Origin: a phage
Length of the DNA stretch: 64,000 nt
NCBI GenBank assembly: GCA_017676145.1
Contig: GCA_017676145.1_3628.1
Direction: 5' to 3' (one strand)
The notes under the pieces: model-generated
Databases searched by the model: none
Seen by the model: the letters and a program-made list of their open reading frames with translations, nothing else
Told to the model about the DNA's origin: nothing
Shown: positions 26,208 to 33,666 of the stretch, piece by piece
Numbering within the stretch: position 1 is the first letter of the stretch
Layout of the letters: each line of letters begins with the position of its first letter
Translations under genes and position numbers: made by a program

Positions 26208-26222
26208 CTCCCCGTTGATTGT
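26208..26222 (-). promoter_or_regulatory. 5' UTR stem-loop GGGGAGACACTCCCC between promoter and SD
   Basis: Perfect palindrome located between -10 of promoter 26223..26251 and the RBS of 25964..26164. Confidence 0.45.
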
Positions 26223-26251
26223 TATTATCCATATTCAGGACCGGATTGCAA
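26223..26251 (-). promoter_or_regulatory. sigma70-like promoter (TTGCAA-17-ATAATA)
   Basis: - strand ttgcaatccggtcctgaatatggataata. Confidence 0.45.
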
Positions 26252-26261
26252 CACCCCGGAA

Positions 26262-26306
26262 GAAAAATTTTTTGAAAAAAGTTAGGCCCCCCAGGGATCG
26301 GGGGCC
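26262..26306 (-). terminator. rho-independent terminator
   Basis: - strand ggcccccgatccctggggggcc hairpin followed by long T-rich tract. Confidence 0.55.
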
Positions 26307-26310
26307 GTTA

Positions 26311-26430
26311 TCAGGTACGTACAGCGATAAAATACATCCCTACGCCTAACAATATTTCAAGGGCGAGGATCTCCAGCCATACCATAACACGGCGCGCCTT
26401 ATCGGTGCGGAGCTTATCCTTGGGTGTCAT
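26311..26430 (-). CDS. micro-ORF encoding TM protein (39 aa)
   Basis: ATG after strong SD (aggaggaaaggggga); MTPKDKLRTDKARRVMVWLEILALEILLGVGMYFIAVRT. Not on track. Confidence 0.4.
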   Translation of the reverse strand: MTPKDKLRTDKARRVMVWLEILALEILLGVGMYFIAVRT

Positions 26431-26450
26431 CGTCTCCCCCTTTCCTCCTG

Positions 26451-26672
26451 TTAGCGGTTACGTGGTTTGCAATGGCCCCCAGTAGTCCGATCACGACACA
26501 CACCGCAAGAAAAATTATCTCTGTCGTTGTTCGATCCATTGTTATAAAATTCCTCAAGATCAGGCCTAAAAGTAAATCCTTCGTTATTGAATCCATCCCG
26601 CCAGGCGGCTGGCTTCAAATCTTCACTAAATGGATTAATTAACGTGGTATTATTTAAACGGCTGGCCCACAT
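26451..26672 (-). CDS. hypothetical Asn-rich protein (73 aa), uncertain
   Basis: ATG at M7 of track ORF 26451..26690 with gaggag SD; competes with alternative frame 26414..26596. Confidence 0.3.
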   Translation of the reverse strand: MWASRLNNTTLINPFSEDLKPAAWRDGFNNEGFTFRPDLEEFYNNGSNNDRDNFSCGVCRDRTTGGHCKPRNR

Positions 26673-27021
26673 ATTTTCTACTCCTCTCAAATAAGCGATC
26701 CGCCTCAGTTAAACAAATCTCATGGGCGTGATCTCTGGTTTTAGCCTCATCGAAAACCTGTTGCGCAAGGCTGCAACGTAGGGAGATCGGGAGATCACTA
26801 TAATAGGCGTTGACAAACGTTTGAGCGTCGTACAGGTCTGAAAATACTTTACCCTTTCTATTATTCCCCTTGTCAACAATTGCAAGGATAATTAATACAA
26901 TAGTTGCAACCACCCCCAGGAAAATAGATATAATAAACCATAAAAAGGCGGATCTTCCCATCTTGCCAGCGATCCAGGCGTTAAATAAGGCGACCAACAC
27001 AGTCAAAATAATAAATTCCAT
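26650..27021 (-). CDS. membrane protein (123 aa, two N-terminal TM helices)
   Basis: ATG at M12 of track ORF; aagaggta SD; MEFIILTVLVALFNAWIAG...FLWFIISIFLGVVATIVLIILAIV. Confidence 0.5.
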   Translation of the reverse strand: MEFIILTVLVALFNAWIAGKMGRSAFLWFIISIFLGVVATIVLIILAIVDKGNNRKGKVFSDLYDAQTFVNAYYSDLPISLRCSLAQQVFDEAKTRDHAHEICLTEADRLFERSRKYVGQPFK

Positions 27022-27085
27022 TCTATGTACCTCTTTTGCAGTTCTTATCAACAATAAGGCGGCAAATATGCCGCCTGCTACCTGA

Positions 27086-27466
27086 TTAAAAATTATCGCC
27101 GTAAATCTTTCCGCTTTCTACCCATACCACCACGCGAGGCATACTATCCCACACGTCTTGTTTTAGATTGAGCGCGTGCAATTCTTCGGTGGTGCTCATA
27201 CCAGGCACGGGCTGATTGTATACTGCAAAACGACCGCCTGCATAATCATAGGCCAGGGTTAAATCACACTGGATCATCTTTTTGATCATGGCATTAAGCA
27301 TGGCGTTAGCCGCATATTGATCACGTTTTAAAGGCAACTCTTTGATTAGTTTGCGATAGTTTTCGATATGGTCGCACACTGTTTCACGCGGAAGATCTTT
27401 CATATCTTCACGGAATGTGACCAGGTTAAACATAACGGTGTCAATAGCCTTGGTGGTGTTTTTCAT
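27086..27466 (-). CDS. hypothetical protein (126 aa)
   Basis: Track ORF; agagga SD; promoter and 5' UTR hairpin (ggggcaagacgtttgcccc) upstream. Confidence 0.5.
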   Translation of the reverse strand: MKNTTKAIDTVMFNLVTFREDMKDLPRETVCDHIENYRKLIKELPLKRDQYAANAMLNAMIKKMIQCDLTLAYDYAGGRFAVYNQPVPGMSTTEELHALNLKQDVWDSMPRVVVWVESGKIYGDNF

Positions 27467-27519
27467 GATGTTATCCTCTATGTTTTGTGTTGGGGCAAAC
27501 GTCTTGCCCCTTGAGTTTT

Positions 27520-27547
27520 AATATAGCAGGTTTTTAGGTTATTGCAA
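27520..27547 (-). promoter_or_regulatory. sigma70-like promoter (TTGCAA-16-TATATT)
   Basis: - strand ttgcaataacctaaaaacctgctatatt upstream of 27086..27466. Confidence 0.45.
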
Positions 27548-27551
27548 CACT

Positions 27552-28178
27552 TTATTTATGAAAACTCATTTCCCCATATTCATCCACATCAAACCTCCAA
27601 TCATTGGCCGCGATAAGGCCGATCAGGTTTTCTGCGGTGAACTGCTCTAGATAGGCCTCCTCTAGGTCTACGTAAACCTTGCGGGATAGCTCCCGTACCG
27701 TCTCGGTGATCAGCTCCTCCAGGTCTTCCACTTTGTTTTCTTGTTTAGCGGTCAGATCTAGCCATGTGGTATCAATGTACCCGCTTACAGTGTTTTCATG
27801 GCTGTAACGGCTGTACTTGTCGCGTTCAATACTGGCGGATAGTTCGCCATCGTGCATTGTGCCGAACAAGTGACGAATTGATCGGAACTTGGTCAGGGCC
27901 TTGACTTTACGCAAGAATTTTTCTAAGTCTACATTTTCAGCACTGATCGATGCGCCATCGCCTTGACACCAAAAGCCGGACCAATGTACTTCAGTATCTT
28001 CAAGGCCGTACTCTGGAAAAACTTGTTCTTTATAGTATTCAATTACATTTTCTGAGAAAAAATCATCCTCGCTGCGTTCTTCTCTTTCGCGGACCATTTC
28101 AATGGCTTTTTCTTTTTGTTCGTCGGTCAGCACGTCGAAAGATAAATTGTAACCTGTGGTAATGTTAACGGTGGTCAT
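27552..28178 (-). CDS. hypothetical acidic protein (208 aa)
   Basis: Track ORF; acaggagaaaa SD; no domain recognised by eye (HWSGFWCQGDGAS segment noted). Confidence 0.55.
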   Translation of the reverse strand: MTTVNITTGYNLSFDVLTDEQKEKAIEMVREREERSEDDFFSENVIEYYKEQVFPEYGLEDTEVHWSGFWCQGDGASISAENVDLEKFLRKVKALTKFRSIRHLFGTMHDGELSASIERDKYSRYSHENTVSGYIDTTWLDLTAKQENKVEDLEELITETVRELSRKVYVDLEEAYLEQFTAENLIGLIAANDWRFDVDEYGEMSFHK

Positions 28179-28206
28179 GATATTTTCTCCTGTTTTCTTT
28201 GTTAAT

Positions 28207-28225
28207 GGCGGGAAGTTTTCCCGCC
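28207..28225 (-). promoter_or_regulatory. 5' UTR stem-loop GGCGGGAAAACTTCCCGCC between promoter and SD
   Basis: 8-bp perfect stem; sits between -10 of promoter 28236..28263 and RBS of 27552..28178; related hairpins at about 30728, 24713, 23972. Confidence 0.5.
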
Positions 28226-28235
28226 TATGTTTTTA

Positions 28236-28263
28236 ATTATACTTATTGAGATTTACTTGTCAA
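28236..28263 (-). promoter_or_regulatory. sigma70-like promoter (TTGACA-16-TATAAT)
   Basis: - strand ttgacaagtaaatctcaataagtataat. Confidence 0.5.
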
Positions 28264-28513
28264 CACTATTTTTTAAATTATTGTGGCGCAAAATGTTTAA
28301 AATCTCCTCAACGTCATCAACACGGCGGCAATTTTTAAACGCTACCAATTGCCCCATGATTTTAATCACTGGGCGGCCTTGCCAGTGCCCTTGAAGAAAG
28401 CGCGCTTTGACTTTATCGGTGGAACTATCCCGCCACCAGATAGCTTTATTGTTGCAGTAGTAAAAATTATTCAGGATAACATCAACTTTATCAAAATTTT
28501 TTAATTTACGCAT
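28253..28513 (-). CDS. hypothetical protein (86 aa)
   Basis: Track ORF; aaaggag SD. Confidence 0.5.
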   Translation of the reverse strand: MRKLKNFDKVDVILNNFYYCNNKAIWWRDSSTDKVKARFLQGHWQGRPVIKIMGQLVAFKNCRRVDDVEEILNILRHNNLKNSVDK

Positions 28514-28544
28514 GGCGTTTACTCCTTTCTCTCTTTGATGTGGT

Positions 28545-28572
28545 TATTATAGCTAACCTGTTGACGATGTCA
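28545..28572 (-). promoter_or_regulatory. sigma70-like promoter (TTGACA-16-TATAAT)
   Basis: - strand ttgacatcgtcaacaggttagctataat upstream of 28253..28513. Confidence 0.5.
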
Positions 28573-28694
28573 ATGATATTTTTAACGCTATAAAACGGCC
28601 CTAGGCGATGCTTTCAGGTTAAAGGGGGGCGATTGCATAGGTGGGGGCCTTTTTGGCGCTTACAGGGCCAACCAGGGGCGCTATTCGTAGGATA

Positions 28695-28724
28695 GAAATA
28701 AAAAGCCCCGCACAATGGCGGGGC
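28695..28724 (-). terminator. rho-independent terminator
   Basis: - strand gccccgc-cattgt-gcggggc followed by TTTTTATTTC. Confidence 0.6.
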
Positions 28725-28732
28725 GTTGGTTG

Positions 28733-28930
28733 TTATTTGTCTTTATGGCGGTATCGTTCTGCCTGTCGTTCACGTTCCAAAAGTAGGCCGGGCAATTTAC
28801 GATCATAATGATTCCGCCAGATCTTCCCAAACCTTTTTGGCTTATTCAGTTTATTGTTGCGCTGTCGGCGTTCTGGCAGATCTTCGGAATCATGAGGGCG
28901 CTTTATAATTTTCTCGAAATTAATTTTCAT
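28733..28930 (-). CDS. small basic protein (65 aa)
   Basis: ATG at M9 of track ORF 28733..28954; aagggggg SD. Confidence 0.45.
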   Translation of the reverse strand: MKINFEKIIKRPHDSEDLPERRQRNNKLNKPKRFGKIWRNHYDRKLPGLLLERERQAERYRHKDK

Positions 28931-29273
28931 ATATTCCCCCCTTGCTAACTTCAATATTGGCCTGAATAGCCCGGATACGGCGCTTTATACCTTCCCGATC
29001 TGTGTGATCGTATCCCCAAAAGTCAACAATTTTTGCGCCGCCCGCCTCCAAGCGGTATAGTGTTTCCTGCATTTTGTAAGCCGGGATCGGTCGCGGTGTT
29101 ACTTGGTCACCTTCTTTATTTTTATACTTTATAATATAATCTTCGTTATCGTTGAATGTCCAAAATGGATATTCTGCAAGGGCGGTACTTCCTCTTTCCT
29201 TTTTATCCTGGATCTTGTTTACAATTAAAGCCGTAGCAATAGCGCCAATAATAAAACTAGTCCCGCTAATCAT
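28920..29273 (-). CDS. membrane-anchored protein (117 aa, N-terminal TM helix)
   Basis: ATG at M3 of track ORF; aaaggagaaa SD; MISGTSFIIGAIATALIV. Confidence 0.5.
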   Translation of the reverse strand: MISGTSFIIGAIATALIVNKIQDKKERGSTALAEYPFWTFNDNEDYIIKYKNKEGDQVTPRPIPAYKMQETLYRLEAGGAKIVDFWGYDHTDREGIKRRIRAIQANIEVSKGGIYEN

Positions 29274-29349
29274 GTGCACTTTCTCCTTTCATGGTGTTAA
29301 TAAATTATCTTTATAGATGGCCCTGCAACCAGGACCACCGAAAAAATAA

Positions 29350-29595
29350 CTATTTCACAATACCTACAAAACAGATCCCGCCTTCACCTATGTAAGCAAT
29401 ATCGGTTACTTTGTAGTCGGTTAAGATCTGTTTATTCAGATCATTAATAAAATCAGTCATTACGTTGGTATAATTGTCTTCCATATCTAGGGAATAGTCC
29501 CAGGTGTAGACCTTTTTACGTCCGAAGCCTTTTACCATGATACGGGCGCTTTTGGTGTTGGTGGGCGCATAATATTTTGTGATTAGTGCTGCCAT
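29350..29595 (-). CDS. hypothetical protein (81 aa)
   Basis: Track ORF; gaggag SD. Confidence 0.5.
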   Translation of the reverse strand: MAALITKYYAPTNTKSARIMVKGFGRKKVYTWDYSLDMEDNYTNVMTDFINDLNKQILTDYKVTDIAYIGEGGICFVGIVK

Positions 29596-29634
29596 GGTTT
29601 TAACTCCTCATTAGTTCAGTGTTAACAGTGTAAA

Positions 29635-29680
29635 GTTTACTTTATTGATGGCCCTGGAGTCAAGGCCATCTAAAAATAAA
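29635..29680 (-). repeat. 46-bp conserved intergenic element, copy B
   Basis: gtttactttattgatggccctggagtcaaggccatctaaaaataaa directly after stop of 29683..30024; identical to copy C. Confidence 0.6.
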
Positions 29681-29682
29681 TT

Positions 29683-30024
29683 TTACTCGTTTTCTTCCAG
29701 CTCTGAAAGCTCCTCTTTCACTTCTTCCAGCTCTGTCTGCAATTCCTGGTATTCCTCATCGTCCTCAATATCCAGGCTGTCGATGTAGTCGCTAAATCCG
29801 CAGCGGTAAGCGATAGGATCTAACTCCTTGAGGATACGCGACGGAAGAAAAGAAATGTTACCGATCATAATTTCGCCGTGGATCTCGTCTAACCATTCAT
29901 CATAGTTTTCGTCGTACTTGTCCTCGTCGATTTCAAAGTTATCGATCTTGTTCTCAAGATCTGCGATCTGTTTTTTCAGCGCGGCGATCTGCATAGCTTT
30001 TTCTGCGGCGGTCATAGTAGTCAT
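29683..30024 (-). CDS. hypothetical acidic coiled-coil protein (113 aa)
   Basis: Track ORF; aaaaggagaaaa SD. Confidence 0.5.
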   Translation of the reverse strand: MTTMTAAEKAMQIAALKKQIADLENKIDNFEIDEDKYDENYDEWLDEIHGEIMIGNISFLPSRILKELDPIAYRCGFSDYIDSLDIEDDEEYQELQTELEEVKEELSELEENE

Positions 30025-30074
30025 GGTGTTTTCTCCTTTTTTGTGTTTTGGGAAGTTTTCCCGTTTACGTGTTT

Positions 30075-30103
30075 AAGTATACTGATTTGGGTTAGCTTGT
30101 CAA
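30075..30103 (-). promoter_or_regulatory. sigma70-like promoter (TTGACA-17-ATACTT)
   Basis: - strand ttgacaagctaacccaaatcagtatactt upstream of 29683..30024. Confidence 0.4.
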
Positions 30104-30256
30104 TTAAAAATTTAAGAAAAATTTTGCAAAACTGTTGGCGCTACTCATTAACATTTGCGCCAGGATGTAACCGACAACGCAAACGATAATAGTTACCTTT
30201 GTGTATTGGCGTGTAGTGCTCATCTTAAAGCCCCCTTTTTCGCTTAGTTGAGACTA

Positions 30257-30302
30257 GTTTACTTTATTGATGGCCCTGGAGTCAAGGCCATCTAAAAATA
30301 AA
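30257..30302 (-). repeat. 46-bp conserved intergenic element, copy C
   Basis: Identical to copy B; directly after stop of 30304..30708. Confidence 0.6.
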
Positions 30303-30303
30303 C

Positions 30304-30708
30304 TTAATAAGTTTTCAGTACTTTCCCGTCCAACCTGTCAAGCTGGATCTCAATAGCTGCAGAAAACCTATTGTACACCACGTCGCCCATAGAATCCAAC
30401 CAATCTATGACGTTATATACCTGCTCTTTATTCTTACAGGTCCGGATCCGTTTCATGATGTAAGCCGGATCAATATTGGTACTCTCGTTGGTGTTCTCCT
30501 GTGCCTGGTTTGCCGTATTAGTTACATCTTTAATGGCCTTTACCACCACCTGGAACGGCTTTAAGGTGCCTTTTGCGTTCATCTCACGCGCTTTTGCGGC
30601 GCGGTTGTTATATGTTACACAACGGCGGCAAATGTTGATCAAATGCATGTCAATAATTTTTTCATCGTTTGCCAGCTCGTTCATGATGCGGCGTACGTTC
30701 TTATTCAT
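30304..30708 (-). CDS. hypothetical protein (134 aa)
   Basis: Track ORF; 5' UTR hairpin ggcgggaatgtctcccgcc upstream. Confidence 0.5.
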   Translation of the reverse strand: MNKNVRRIMNELANDEKIIDMHLINICRRCVTYNNRAAKAREMNAKGTLKPFQVVVKAIKDVTNTANQAQENTNESTNIDPAYIMKRIRTCKNKEQVYNVIDWLDSMGDVVYNRFSAAIEIQLDRLDGKVLKTY

Positions 30709-30727
30709 GATCTTTTTCCTTTGTTCT

Positions 30728-30746
30728 GGCGGGAGACATTCCCGCC
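30728..30746 (-). promoter_or_regulatory. 5' UTR stem-loop GGCGGGAATGTCTCCCGCC
   Basis: Perfect 8-bp stem between putative promoter and RBS of 30304..30708. Confidence 0.45.
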
Positions 30747-30790
30747 TTTTGTGCCTAGTTTACTTGAATTTTGCAGCGTGTCAATGATTT

Positions 30791-31189
30791 TTATTCGTGG
30801 GCACATGTCACAATGTGCTTTTTATAGCCCAGGCGGTCAGCAAGTGCCGCCAAAAACTCTTCTTCGTAGATCCAGCCGTCGGCAGTGATCCCCATAGCAT
30901 TTAATGCGCTCTCAAGTGCTGCGTTGGCTTTATCATAACCGTGACCGCTCGCCTTGCCGCCAGTATAGCCGTACTTATTGTTCTTGTTGTCGTGTATCCA
31001 AAAAACGCAGTAGTAAGTGTTCCCGCTGGCGGCGGCATAATACCGGATCTCAGCTACTTCGTGCAAATTATTGTCATCGTCCAGGCCCACCAGATTATAG
31101 GCCTTGTAAAATCCACGATCACGGCGGCAGTTCTTGACATCAGAAAAAGAAAAGTCCGCATTATCAAAATTAAAGGTGGTGGTTTTCAT
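30791..31189 (-). CDS. hypothetical protein (132 aa)
   Basis: Track ORF; gagagga SD. Confidence 0.5.
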   Translation of the reverse strand: MKTTTFNFDNADFSFSDVKNCRRDRGFYKAYNLVGLDDDNNLHEVAEIRYYAAASGNTYYCVFWIHDNKNNKYGYTGGKASGHGYDKANAALESALNAMGITADGWIYEEEFLAALADRLGYKKHIVTCAHE

Positions 31190-31253
31190 GATTTTATCCT
31201 CTCAGTGTCTTTTGTGCTTTTAGTGTATTTGGTGTCGGCCTATATGTCAATAC

Positions 31254-31451
31254 TTATTTTTTATTAAACCAGTGGTTGATCTGGCCTTTTGTCAGGGCGC
31301 AACGATTAAGCTGTTGCCGGGTATAGCTCTGACCGCGACGGAATTTATAAAGGCCTTGCCCGTTGTTGATGGTCACATCCACCTGGCAAATCATTTGATC
31401 GGTGACCACCTGGCGAGTGCTGCGACGTACTTTAATTCCGTAGGCGTTCAT
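31254..31451 (-). CDS. hypothetical basic protein (65 aa)
   Basis: Track ORF; gagagga SD. Confidence 0.45.
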   Translation of the reverse strand: MNAYGIKVRRSTRQVVTDQMICQVDVTINNGQGLYKFRRGQSYTRQQLNRCALTKGQINHWFNKK

Positions 31452-31487
31452 GATTTTTATCCTCTCTGTTAATTAGTGTGGTGTTGT

Positions 31488-31712
31488 TCACCTTGCGAGG
31501 ATAAGAATAACAAAAACTGTCCTAGCTGTCAACCACCAGTTAAAATTATTTTTTGGGTAGAATTCTCCAGCCGCCGCCCCTGCCAGGTTGACCATCATTT
31601 TTTCGTACTCTTCTTTATGTTCCAACGCTCCCGCCATAGCCTTTTCAACCAGGGCGATGGCCTCCGCGTTATTAATAGCTACATTTTCCAGGAGGATCCT
31701 ATTACCTTTCAT
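31488..31712 (-). CDS. hypothetical protein (74 aa) with C-terminal hydrophobic segment
   Basis: Track ORF; gaggagg SD. Confidence 0.5.
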   Translation of the reverse strand: MKGNRILLENVAINNAEAIALVEKAMAGALEHKEEYEKMMVNLAGAAAGEFYPKNNFNWWLTARTVFVILILAR

Positions 31713-31823
31713 TTTTGTACCTCCTCTTCAATTGTTACCTATCCTATAGCATAGGCCCACCAGGCTGGCCCCGCCAGGTTGCAGCGGTCAGCGCATCAGG
31801 TTAGAAAAATTTTTTGAAAAGTG

Positions 31824-31852
31824 TTGACAGCGGCCCCGCCAGGTGGCATAAT
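31824..31852 (+). promoter_or_regulatory. strong sigma70-like promoter on + strand inside the leftward block (TTGACA-17-CATAAT)
   Basis: ttgacagcggccccgccaggtggcataat; no ORF of 60 aa or more downstream on + strand; transcribes conserved GGGAGACAA / GAGAA-TATCATT elements. Confidence 0.5.
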
Positions 31853-31885
31853 ATACATATCGAAAGGACGGCAGGCACCGGTGAC

Positions 31886-31906
31886 GGGGGAGACAACCAC
31901 CGGGGA
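31886..31906 (+). promoter_or_regulatory. GC-rich conserved element GGGGGAGACAACCACCGGGG (copy 2 of 3)
   Basis: About 35 nt downstream of -10 of promoter 31824; followed by GAGAACGATTATCATT at about 31924. Confidence 0.45.
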
Positions 31907-31923
31907 TGGGCGCTGCATGAAAT

Positions 31924-31939
31924 GAGAACGATTATCATT
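31924..31939 (+). repeat. 16-bp motif GAGAACGATTATCATT
   Basis: Third of four copies of GAGAAYRNYTATCATT. Confidence 0.5.
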
Positions 31940-32001
31940 ATCGTCTAAAAATTTATGCAAAAACTTCTTGCTTTCTTTGTCCTGTGTGGTACTATAATAA
32001 C

Positions 32002-32020
32002 AAGCCGGGGCAGTAGGGGC
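32002..32020 (+). promoter_or_regulatory. GC-rich conserved element GGGAGACAATCACCGGGGG (copy 3 of 3)
   Basis: Preceded by TACTATAAT -10-like element; followed by GAGAATGATTATCATT at about 32050. Confidence 0.45.
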
Positions 32021-32049
32021 CGGGAGACAATCACCGGGGGTGCCCGTTA

Positions 32050-32065
32050 TTCTGCAAACGAGAAT
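32050..32065 (+). repeat. 16-bp motif GAGAATGATTATCATT
   Basis: Fourth copy of GAGAAYRNYTATCATT. Confidence 0.5.
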
Positions 32066-32696
32066 GATTATCATTCAAAATTCTAAATGAGAACTTTTCG
32101 CATTTCATAAATTTAGTTAGCATGCTAATTACCTACCGTGACAATTCTATATAAAATAATAACTCCTAAAATATTCCCATATAGAAATTTTAAAAATCCA
32201 TTTCTGAAAACGAAAAATCGATTTAGTCCCCAAAAATTTCAGGTCGAGCGCCGGAACGATTTCCAGAAAATCTGATTCAGAAAACGAAAAACAGATCGAG
32301 TACTGAGAGATTTATCGAGAAAAATTTTCAGAAAATCCAATCTTTGAAACGAAAAACAGATCGAGTACTGGGAAAGATGTATCAAAACCTATTGATAATA
32401 ATTAACTTATTGTTATAAAAGGTCAGAAGTAAGTTGGGAAAGTTCTGGTAGAAGGGTGAGAGTGTGTGCGGAAAATCTGGAACGGTGATTTGAAGTACGG
32501 TGCGAACGATAGGATGATCAGCACAGCTTATCGTGCCTGTCTTGAAAAATCCATTTTAGTTTTCGATCCATTTTCTGATTTTCTAAGGATTTCCAAATAT
32601 CTGCAAATATCTGATAAATAAGGGAAAATCCATTACATATTTTCCCTCATCGCCTAAAATTTTTATAATTTTAAAATAAATACTACCATAAATATC

Positions 32697-33341
32697 TTAA
32701 ATAAATTTCACCAATGTTATAGTCTCCTTATTATTTTTCAAATCATTCTCAAGGATAGTTATTGCACGTTTAATGGCGAACAGCCAAATCTCATCTTTGT
32801 TTTTAATAGCCTGAAGTTTCATCTCCTCAAGTTTCATTTCTTGCCACACCTTGTGTGCTGTCTGTGGATCATCGAAATGACCGCCATGAACAATTTTTCC
32901 ATCTCGATGACAATGCACGAGATACTTGTTTACATCTTTTCTAAGTGTCACACCCAAAGGTAAATCCCCTCGTGCTGCCTGTCTTATGCCAAATAGGGTG
33001 TTTATTTGTGGTGGAACAAACATGCATGTTTCTGGGGAGTATATTCTGTTTCCAGGGATTTTCAGATCTTTGTCAAGAGTGAACTTCTTAGCGTCTCTTT
33101 TCCACTCTTGTGTATCCATCCATTTCCAGAATTCTGAGAACAACCACCAATCTTCTACAACTTCACAACCTGTATGGTACTTTGAGTTATCGCCGTAGCA
33201 CCTCTGGAATAATGCTTTCCATGTAGCATAGTGGGGTTCTGGTACTCTCTTACCATTAACAGATTGGTACATTGGGACTTTGTCTTTTAAATCGTTTACT
33301 CCACGACCACATACTTTTCTGTCTTTAACAGGTATTCCCAT
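32697..33341 (-). CDS. putative homing endonuclease-like protein (degenerate HNH-like segment plus AP2-like DNA-binding segment)
   Basis: ATG at M18 of track ORF; LDKDLKIPGNRIYSPETC (HNH-like) and KYLVHCHRDGKIVHGGHFDDPQTAHKVWQE (AP2-like pattern); flanked by AT-rich repeat region. Confidence 0.35.
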   Translation of the reverse strand: MGIPVKDRKVCGRGVNDLKDKVPMYQSVNGKRVPEPHYATWKALFQRCYGDNSKYHTGCEVVEDWWLFSEFWKWMDTQEWKRDAKKFTLDKDLKIPGNRIYSPETCMFVPPQINTLFGIRQAARGDLPLGVTLRKDVNKYLVHCHRDGKIVHGGHFDDPQTAHKVWQEMKLEEMKLQAIKNKDEIWLFAIKRAITILENDLKNNKETITLVKFI

Positions 33342-33666
33342 CAATCCCACCTTTTCCTTTGTACATGCGTAGAGGTATAGTCTTTGTAACATTCCATCTC
33401 CCCAACCCTTCCCAGTTCCAATTGTGGGCGTGGTACCCAGTTATGCATGCACTGCTGGAGTGATCATAGGCATAGGAGAACGCTATGCGTAACAGATGAG
33501 GCCAGTCTTTCCACGGCTGTGGTCCGTAAGCCTTTCTCCAACACCGACACAAACTAAATGTCTCAAGAATAGGCAGGATAACAAATCCATACACCACCAC
33601 CAAGATGATCAGCGCAATGATTGTCAGGAATACATACCCTGCAGTTGAAATGATGATCTCTGTCAT
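33325..33666 (-). CDS. membrane protein (113 aa, N-terminal TM helix)
   Basis: Track ORF; ISTAGYVFLTIIALIILVVVYGFVILPI. Confidence 0.4.
   Translation of the reverse strand: MTEIIISTAGYVFLTIIALIILVVVYGFVILPILETFSLCRCWRKAYGPQPWKDWPHLLRIAFSYAYDHSSSACITGYHAHNWNWEGLGRWNVTKTIPLRMYKGKGGIDGNTC

Noticed and set aside
26414-26596. Alternative - strand frame encoding a 41-60 aa TM peptide
   Set aside because: Overlaps 26451..26672 in another frame; its best ATG has a poorly spaced SD. Kept the competing frame at low confidence, but either could be real.
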